DNA of 64,000 bases from the NCBI GenBank assembly GCA_951406725.2, contig OX597814.1, positions 97,278,001 to 97,342,000 on the forward strand, read 5' to 3'. This stretch comes from Octopus vulgaris (lineage: Eukaryota). The notes under the pieces were generated by a model, which was given only the letters and a program-made list of their open reading frames with translations, had not been told where the DNA came from and ran no database searches. The position numbers and the translations under genes are program-made. Each line of letters starts with the position of its first letter. The stretch's first letter is position 1. This document shows positions 54,473-64,000 of this stretch, piece after piece.

Positions 54473-56276
54473 GACACACATGCATACTTACATACATATA
54501 TACATACATGATATATACAAATACATAGACATATACTAACTAATATGAAGATGGAAGAAAAGTAGTTACACAAAAGTTTCTGTTATTAAGTTTCTTCTTT
54601 TTTTTTCCTGTATTTTCTTTTTTTTTATGTGAACATTTTCTTTACATCCATCTGTCAACATTGGCCAGTAGCTAGAAGTTGAAGCCATTTAAACTTTCCA
54701 GCAGGACATAGTAAGTAATAAGCAAATTGGTATGCATGTGTATGAGAGTGTGGTGGCAGAACGAGATACAAAGATTTCTGAGTGAGTAAGAGTTTCTTAT
54801 AGATTTTTTTTTTCTTAAGGTGGCAAGCTAGCATAATCATTAGCATTTTCGGATAAAATGCTTAGCAGTATTTCTTTTGGCTCTTTACACTCTGAGTTCA
54901 AATACTGCCGAGGATGACTTTGCCTTTCATGCTCTCAGGGTCGATAAAATAAAGTACCAGTCAAGTACTGGCATCTCTGTAATTGATTTACCCTCCTTCT
55001 AAACCTGCTACCCTTGTGATAAAATTTGGAACAAGGGTACTAATCTGGCAGAATTGTTAACATGTCAGACAAAATGTTAAGTAGCATTTCTCTGGCTGTA
55101 TGTTCTGAGTTCAAATTCTGCCAATGTTGATTTTGCTTTTCATCTTTCAGGATTGATAAAATAAGTGCCAGTTGAGCACTGGGGTTAATATGATTGACTA
55201 GCGCACTCCCACAAAATTTTAGGTTTTTTACCTATAGCTGAAAAAAAAAAAGAAGATAGATTCAGGATTTTTACATAGTAAAACATGAGTCCAACATGAC
55301 TGTGTGGTCATAATGTTTGCTTTACAATCATGTTCTTCTGGGTTTGATCTTACTATGTAACACTTTAAACAAGTGTCATCTTGACACCATAACTTTGTGG
55401 AAGAATTTTCATGACAGAAATGATGCTGAAACCCATTGGATGGACTATATGATACTTGGTTGGAAGACTTAATCCATCACTTGGTTTAACACTACTACAT
55501 GGTGCTTTAATGAAGTTCTCCTTGCTGCAAGCTTTTGGATCAGGTCAGTAGACTGAAGATGAATCATAAATCATAGGCTTACCTTCCTTTTAGCTTCATC
55601 AGTCTTAGAGGAAATTCAATCTTAAGGCATGAGCTCACTGGACAATTGTCTTGGGATTTCATTGTTCAAGGGGCCCCAGCTATAATTTATGTACGATGTG
55701 GCTTGCTGTCAGTAAATAAATACTATAGGGCCCAATGCTCTGATTTTCCTAGGGGCCTATAATGTTACTAAGATGGCCCTGCTTGGAAGTCAAACAAAAA
55801 CATTGCTCTTCTTCCACTGACAAAACCAGTTGATCCTAACTAGGGATCAGTCAAAATTTAGGAGTCCACAAAGGTAATATTTAAAGTTGTGAGCAATGGT
55901 AATTGGATTCATCACCATCAATGTATTATCTCACCTATTTGATATCTTTTCTGCTTTTAATTTTACCTGAATGTTATGATGTAATCTATGAATGAATCAA
56001 TAAAATTCTACAAAAACAGCTGTTGTAAATTTTAAGCCATATTTGTGCTCTCTTTTTATTCCTATGCCACACCTAGAACCAACCACAGAGTTGGATCTAC
56101 AGTTTATATCAGATTTGGTACTTACATATCTACAGTAGCCTACCAAACTTGATAACTTCACTGTTTTTTTCCTTACTGAGAACCCTATGTTATTGGCTTC
56201 CTACATGTTGATGTGCCTAGATTCTATTGAATCCTACAACTAACTTAATTTCATTTAATTTACACACACACACACA

Positions 56277-56633
56277 ATGCTCAACCACATATTTTACTAA
56301 TGATGCTCCAGAAATTGAGGGAACTGGGCTACGAAGTTCTTCCCCAGCCAGCTAGCAGACATTTCTCCTACTGACTATCACTTTTTTAGGCACCTTGATG
56401 GTTTCCTATGTGAAAAAGAGTTCAAAAATCAAACAGATGCTGAAAGTATGTTCAAAGGGTCTTTGAGCTCCAGAACTCGAGATTTTTATTTTACTGGAAT
56501 AAACAAACTTGAAACTTGTTGGCAAAACTGTGTTGATTGTAATGGTACTTTGATGAATAAAATTTCCACATTATTGAAATATATTGATGAATTTCATGTT
56601 TCAAAATGTTGCTTACTATTTACTCAGCCTGAT
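56277..56633 (+). mobile_element. Mariner transposase 3' fragment with terminal sequence
   Basis: Reads LQKLRELGYEVLPQP..ISPTDYHFFRHLDGFLCEKEFKN..FYFTGINKLETCWQNCVDCNG and ends ..tttactcagcctgaTA. Confidence 0.88.
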
Positions 56634-56644
56634 ATATACATCTT

Positions 56645-56753
<109 letters not shown>

Positions 56754-56754
56754 T

Positions 56755-59706
56755 CACCTACTGATCTGGTGCACACACTAATCAAATTGATTACATCCTC
56801 ATCAGGAAACAGGAAAGATGGCTACATATAAATGTCAAAACCTTCCCAGGAGAAGAATGCATCCCACAACATAGATTAGTAGTTAGCAATATCAGGATCA
56901 GGGCTAAATGGGTGTTCAGAAGATGACCAACATGAAAAATAAGGGTTTGGAAGCTTAAAGATCCTGCAAATGGACAGAGATTTAGAGATGTATTACTTGA
57001 AGATTTTGACGAAATAGAGGAGAATATAGCATCACATGATTTGGAACACAACTAGAGGTTCCTACGGGACAACCTGTTGTGAGCTACTGACCAGATCTGT
57101 GGATGATGTAAAGCCCCCTCTTGACCCAAGGTAATGTCGTGGTGGAACAATGTAGTTGACAGGGTCATTAGGGAAAAGAAACAGGCATGGAAGGACTGGA
57201 AGAATGGTAGTAGCAGGGAGTTGTATCAGATTGACAGAAGGGAAGGGAAACAGATAAGAAAATATTTGCCAATGTTCTGCATTGTGAGGACCAAAGACTT
57301 GAAGTGTTTCATGTTACAAATCAGTGTATGAGAGAGAATCGTGGTGTCAAAGGAGAGAAATATGTCCGCATGAATGATGGCTCACTAGCATTTAATGAGT
57401 TTATAAAGAGAGAGACTTGGAGATGCAACTATGAAAGGTTGCTAAATGAAGAGAATGACTGGGAGAAAGAGATTCTGCCGAATATCAATCCAACAGAGGG
57501 ACCAGCTATCCAAACTGACAGTACCTTGGTAGATAAAGCAATTAAGAGTATGAAGACAGGGAAAGCCCCCCACCCCCCGGCCCATCAGGAATCACCGCAG
57601 AGATGCTTAAATATCTGGCAGAGTTGGCCATAGTTTAGTCACCCATATAGTCAATCAGGTGATACATGAAGGAGTCATACCCAGTGACTGGTGCAGCAGC
57701 ACCATAGTCAACTGCTACAAAGGTAAAGGTGATGCATTAGATATGAATAATATTCATCATAGTCCTTCAGGTAATAACAGAGGAATTCAAGGATACTCAT
57801 GGGAGCTCCTCTATGCTGATGACATTGCTCTAATAGCTGAATCAAGTTGTTGGGTCAGGTAATGAAAGTCATGGAGAGGTTCATAGCCCAACTAATTAGG
57901 AAGAGAGTCAGTTTAGATGAGATGCAGTTTGGGTTTGTGCCAGCACCACTGATGCTATATTTCTGGTAAGGCAACTACAGGAGAAATACATACCCAAAGA
58001 TAAACCTCTGTATCTGGCTTTTGTTGACATGGAGAAAGTCTTTGACAGGGTTCCCTGATCCCTTATATGGTGGTCAATGCAGAAACTAAGGATAGATGAG
58101 TGGTTAGTGAGAGCTGTACAAGCCATGTACAGGGATGCTGTCAGTAAGGTGAGGGTTGGCAACAAGTATAGTGAAGAATTCAGAGTAGAGATAGGGGTCC
58201 ACCAAGGATGCGTCCTCAGCCCCCTTTATTCATCATAGTCCTCCAGAGGAATTCAAGACAGGATACTCATGGGAGTTCCTCTATGCTGATGACCTTGCTC
58301 TAATAGCTGAATCACTCTCAGAACTAGAGGAGAAGTTTCAGGTGTGGATGCAAGGTCTAGAATCAAAGGGCCTTAGGGTTAACCTTATAAAAGCCAAAGT
58401 CTTAGTAAGTTGGAAGGCTGTCAAATCACAAACCCCTTCAGGTAGATGGCCCTGCTCAATCTGTAGAAAAGGCATGGGTAGAAACTCCATAAGATGTACC
58501 CAGTGTAAGCTATAGACACATAAGAGGTGCAGCAATATCAAAGGAAGATTAACTGGGAAAACAGTTTTTGTGTGTGGCAGACACACAGGGGCAATAAACA
58601 TGGCATATATACAGAAAACAGATTTCATCACATGCCGGTGGAGAAACTAGAAGTAGCTATTAGCTTCTGCTACCTAGGCAACCAAGTCTGTAGTGGGGGT
58701 GGTTGCTCTAAGAGTGTAGCAGCTAGAATAAGAATAGCATGGGCAAATATCGGGGAGTTCCTACGTCTGCTGGCAACTAAGGACCTCTCACTCATGAAAG
58801 GTAGACTGTATAATGCATGTGCGCAAACAGCTATGTTACACAGCAGTGAAACATGGGCTGTGATTACTGAGGACATGTGTAAGCTTGCAAGGAATGAAGC
58901 TAGTATGACCTGCTGGATGTGTAATGTCAGTCTGCATACACTACAGAGTGTAATCACCCTGAGAGAAAAGCTGGACATAAGAAGCATTAAATGTGGTGTG
59001 CAAGAGAGACGACTGCGCTGGTATGGTCATGTGTTGCGTATGGATGAGGACAGCTGTGTAAAAAAGTGTCACACACTAGCAGTATTGGGAACCTGTGGAA
59101 GTGGTAGGCCCAGGAAGACCTGGGATGAGGTGGTGAAGCACAATCTTCAAACAGTGGCCCTCTTGGAGTTGATGACAAGTGACCAAGATCTTTGGAGATA
59201 TACTGTGCTGGAGAAGACCCGGTGAGCCAAGTGAGACCGTAACAATGGCCTATGCCCATGCAATATAACTGGCCCATTTAAGAGTAGTCTTCAATTACTG
59301 GGCAATAAACTGCACTTGCAAAGATCTGTTGAGTCAAGTGAAGTCATTGTTGTAGCCGATGACAGTACTGCCTGACTGGTCCCATGCCATTGGCATGTAT
59401 AAAGCACCATTTGAGCATGGTCGTTACCAGTGCCACCTGACTGGCTTCCATGCCGGTGGCATATAAAAAGCACCATTCAAGCATGGTCACTGCCAGTACT
59501 GTCTCAGTGGCTCTTGTGCTGGTGGCACATAAAAAGCGACCACTACACTCTCGGAGTGGTTGGTGTTAAGAAAGACAGCCAGCTGTAGAGACTTTCTCAG
59601 ATCAGATTGGAGCCGGGTGCAGCCTTCTGGCTTGCCAGTCCTCAGTCAAACTGTCCAATTCATGCCAGCAAGGAAAGCAGATGTTAAATGATGATGACGA
59701 TGATGA
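56755..59706 (+). mobile_element. 5'-truncated, inactivated RTE-like LINE (end of the endonuclease domain, RT, C-terminus, 3' UTR, (GAT)n tail)
   Basis: Broken frames read QIDYIL (APE end), AIKSMKTGKAP, QFGFV..TTDAIFLVRQLQEK..LYLAFVDMEKVFDRVP, GVHQGCVLSP, LYADDL and RRLRWYGHVLRM..GRPRKTW. Numerous stops and frameshifts. Confidence 0.93.
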
Positions 59707-59802
59707 TGATATCTATCTATCTATCTGTATGTATACACACACACACACAAATATACATATATATAAACATATATATATATACATACATACATACATACAT
59801 AC

Positions 59803-59848
<46 letters not shown>

Positions 59849-60261
59849 TTTTATTTGCTTCAGTTATTTGACTGCAGCCATGCTGGAGCATCACCTTTAG
59901 TTGAACAAATCACCCCCAGGACTTATTCTTTGTAAGCCTAGTCTCTTCTAACAGTCTCTTGTGCCAAATGGTTAAGTCACGGGGACATAAACACACCAGT
60001 ATTGGTTGTCAAGCGTTAATGGGGGGGGGACAGACACAGACACACAAATACACAGACACAAACACACACACACGCACACACATACATACACACACACACA
60101 CACACAAACGATGGGTTTCTTTCAGTTTCCATCTACCAAGCTTTGGTTGGCCTGAGGCTATAGTAAAAGACACTTGCCCAAAATACCACGCAATGGAACT
60201 GAACCTGGAATCGTATGGTTGGTAAGCAAATTTACTTACCACATATCCACTCCTGCGACTA

Positions 60262-60307
<46 letters not shown>

Positions 60308-61295
60308 ATATATAATGTTCTAGTTGATGATAGTATAGAGATATGCATGTATACACACACACACATATTTAGTACAAGCACACGAAGGAACAACAATCAA
60401 TATAATGATGTGCATGCTTATTTTTTACATGGTCATGCACAATAGAATGTGACATGCTTTTGCTGTGGGATCTTGTCTCTGTGAAAAAGAAAATTTCTCT
60501 ATTTGTATTTTGTGTGAAAACACAGGAGACAGATGTCACTTGGAGCTTGTGTATTTTTACACTTATTCTATAGAGAAAAAACATTTTTCTGTGAGATAAA
60601 TTCAAAATCCAGCAATGAATGTATTTTCACACACACACACACACACACACATTTGTTTCGTGATGGAATCAATATTAGTTCAGAACATAGCATATGATCA
60701 TTGGTCCTTCCTGAGCCATAGGTTTATAGTCTGGTTTTCCAGATTCTGTGGTGTATATATTTCCTCTATCATAGATGTAATGCTAGTCCATCGCAAGATT
60801 ACTCATTTTTGCCAGCTGAGTGGGCTAGAGAAATATGAAATGAAATGTTTTGCTCAACAGTACAATGCACCTTGGTCCACGAATCAAAGCCATAATCTTA
60901 TGGTCATGCTCTAATCACTAAGACAAATGCCTCTATATTAGTTCAGAATAGCATTCTGTATAATTTAATTAACATGGATATACTGCAGAAAGCCACATTA
61001 AGTAAGATATACAGAATGATACATCCATCCATTATATATATACATATATATTATCTGCAAAGTATAATATTAAATATCCATCATGTATCACGCGACTGGG
61101 CTAGATTTTATTTTTGTTTTCTGTTATATGGTGGATGTGTCTTACCTCTCAAAGATTTGAGTTATATTATTATTATTATTAGACTTACATCTTAGACTTA
61201 TATTCTAGAACTTGTATTTTTATATTGTCTATTAGATCTACTGTTATTCAGTTTTTCTATTTTAATTGTATTTCTTAAATATATATTTACTCCTG

Positions 61296-61334
<39 letters not shown>

Positions 61335-61811
61335 TTACATACATACACACAAAAGCATATATACACACACACACAAATCTTTATGACATGTATGTCTCAA
61401 CATCACTATCATCAATAGTACTATATTTATTTCCTTCTCTTGTAGCACAGGCCACTTACTGATTTAACATAAAGCAACAAAATTTTCAACTTACCAACAG
61501 TTGTCTACTTTTAAGGTTTCTTATACAAGTATATACAAGTTAGTATATGCATACTCATACGCACACGCGCGTACACACATAAATATATTATATATTAATA
61601 GGCGATACTTGATGTTAGCTGATATACAAATGTAAATAAATACTAGTTACAAAACATGCACCACTTCAGATGTCTACTTCAAGAATTAAAGTACGGAACT
61701 CAAACATAAAATTAATTCCTTCTCCAACCTTCAGCCTAGCCCAAACCTTAACCCTCATCTCAACCTTAGCCCTCAAAATTACCATTAATAGATAGCAAAT
61801 TAACAGAAGAG

Positions 61812-61843
<32 letters not shown>

Positions 61844-62367
61844 TGGGGGTATTTCAACATTTTTTATCTTCAAATTTGACCTGGAATGTCAACTCTCTAC
61901 AACAAATATTGAAAAAATAAAACTGTCATACAATGCCTCCATTCAGCTGCTGCAAATGCCATCGATAGCTTAAATCCACTAAATTTATCAAAAACAGAGT
62001 GAATTCTAAACCAATTGCATTTCACACATGCACATGTTTACACTGCATTTCTCACATACAAATTCTCAATAAAAGTATGTCCCTATGCACATTACAGTCT
62101 TGAATATTAGGATTCTTAAGCCTGGTTATCCAGTTTCCATGGTGTATAAGTGACCAAAATCATATTTCCCCTAAATGGTACACCAGTCCATTGCTGGGTT
62201 ACTTATTTACAGCTAAGTGAACTGGAGTAATGTGAAATGAAGTGTTTTCCTCAAAAATACAATGCATCACCCAATCCAGGGATTGAAATCATGATCTTGC
62301 AATCATGAGTGCAAGATCTTAATCACTAAACCACATGCCTTCACTCTGGATGACAAGTAAATAGAAA

Positions 62368-63265
62368 TATTGGTTTCAAATTTTGACATAAGGCCAGTAA
62401 TTTTGGGGAAGAGCATAAATCAAATTATATCAACTCCAATGCTCAACTGGTACTTATTTTATTGACCCTGAAAGTATGACAGGCTAATTTGACTATGGCG
62501 GAAATTGAACTCAGAATGTAAAGATGGATGAAAACCCACTAAGCACTTTGCCTGGTCTGATTATGATTGTGCCAGCTAACTACCTCAGGTGAAATGAAAC
62601 ACTGGTTTCAAATTTTGGCACAAGGCCAGCAAGTTCAGGGGAGGATGTAAGTCAATTAGATCAACCCCAGTGCTCAACTGGTACTTACAATATTGACCCC
62701 AAAAGAATGAAAGGCAAAGTCGACCTCAGCTGCATTTGAACTCAGAACATAAAGCAAGATGAAATACTGCTAAGCATTTTGCCTGGTGTGCTAATGATTC
62801 TACCAGTTCTGCCTTATAGACAAATAAAAATATTTTTTTCTACTCTAGGCATAAGGCCCAAAATTTTTGGGGAGGGGGCCAGTTGATTAGATCGACCCCA
62901 GTATGCAACAGATACTTAATTTATCGATTCCGAAAGGATAAAAGGCAAGGTTAACCTCGGTGGAATTTGAGCTCAGAGCGTAAAGGCAGACGAAATACTG
63001 CTAAGCATTTTGCCTGGCATGCTAACGTTTTTTATTTCTTTATTGCCCACAAGGGTCTAAACATAGAGGGGACAAACAAGGACATACAAAGGGATTAAGT
63101 CGATTACATCGACTCCAGTATACAACTGGTACTTAATTTAACGACCCCGAAAGGATGAAAGACAAAATCGATCTTGGCAAAATTTGAACTCAGAGCATAG
63201 CGGCAGACGAAATACTGCTAAGCATTTTGCCCGGCCTGTTAACGTTTCTGCCAGCTTGCCACTTT
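62368..63265 (-). mobile_element. Head-to-tail cluster of four SINEs of one family
   Basis: The core aactggtactta..ga.ccc.aaag.atgaaaggcaa.gt.gacct.gg...aatttgaactcaga recurs four times, at about 62370-62586, 62600-62816, 62835-63030 and 63031-63265. Confidence 0.85.
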
Positions 63266-64000
63266 GGTAAAAGTTGTATATTACAAATTGTAACATAAAT
63301 CATTTAATTGTTTCCTTTTTGTGTTGTTTTTAATCAAGAATTTTAATTAAATAAATATTAGTTTCCTGTAACAATGGAAAAAGGTTAAGATTTTCCATTA
63401 TAAGCTTTAAATTAAAGTTGACACTTTATAAATCTAAAATAAAAAAATTATGTACATTTCTTTAGCTTTTACTTCTTTCAGTCATTGGACTGCAGCCATA
63501 CTGGGGGCACTGCTTGAAGGCTTTTAGTTCTTATTTTATGTCTGGTAGTTATTCTATTGGTCTCTTTTGCCACACTACTAAGTTACAGAGACATAAACAC
63601 ACCAACATTGACTGTCAAGTGGTGGGGGATGGGAAAAATATACACACAAAGAGACTACATATATACGTATTTATATACACAATGGGCTTCCACATAGTTT
63701 CTGTCCACCAAATTTACTCACAAAACATTGGTTGGTCCCAAGCTACAGTAGAAGACATTTGCTCAAGATATTGCGCAGTGAGATTGAACCTAAAACCGCA
63801 TGGTTGCAAAACAAGCTTTTTAATCATACAATGATGCCTACACCTATAAGCCATTCCTAATATTTTTCTATCTTAGATTTGTGCTTAACCCTGTAGCATT
63901 CAGGTTATTCAGTCAAATATAATGCTTATTTATTTACATTATATTGAATTAACTATGCATTGTCTTGTAGCTTCAAGATTTCAATGATGTGATTGTTTGT

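Noticed and set aside
55580-55790. Second WGP-encoding stretch with a nearby donor-like site on the minus strand
   Set aside because: The frame stops soon after, there is no acceptor, and the GGGCCCC context looks like a DNA-transposon remnant.

Overview
AT-rich, repeat-dense eukaryotic genomic DNA, not prokaryotic. The microsatellite load and the SINE/LINE families look like a coleoid cephalopod, probably Octopus (inference from repeat style, not verified). The only host gene I can support is an intron-rich SLC6/NSS (Na+/Cl- dependent, glycine/amino-acid-type) transporter locus on the minus strand. Four exons (10919-10664, 7958-7827, 6302-6159, 1844-1643) splice in frame with AG/GT ends and encode the N-terminus, TM1-TM3 and EL2; the gene continues past base 1. 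About 28 kb upstream on the same strand lies an exon (39164-38979, or to the stop at 38952) encoding an SLC6 C-terminal tail (HFKKLIETPPDWGP). It carries a perfect phase-0 donor (ATG|GTAAGT) that matches the phase-0 acceptor of the TM1 exon, which suggests a possible tandem, two-unit SLC6 fusion transporter or a splice switch between single and tandem forms. The rest is transposon debris: mariner/Tc1 elements, two Helitrons, RTE, R4/Dong-like and CR1-like LINE remnants, several SINE families, hairpins with hammerhead-ribozyme cores (probably Penelope-like), local duplications and microsatellites. Almost all ORFs in the supplied track are microsatellite or transposon artefacts. All boundaries were read by eye; those of repeats are approximate.
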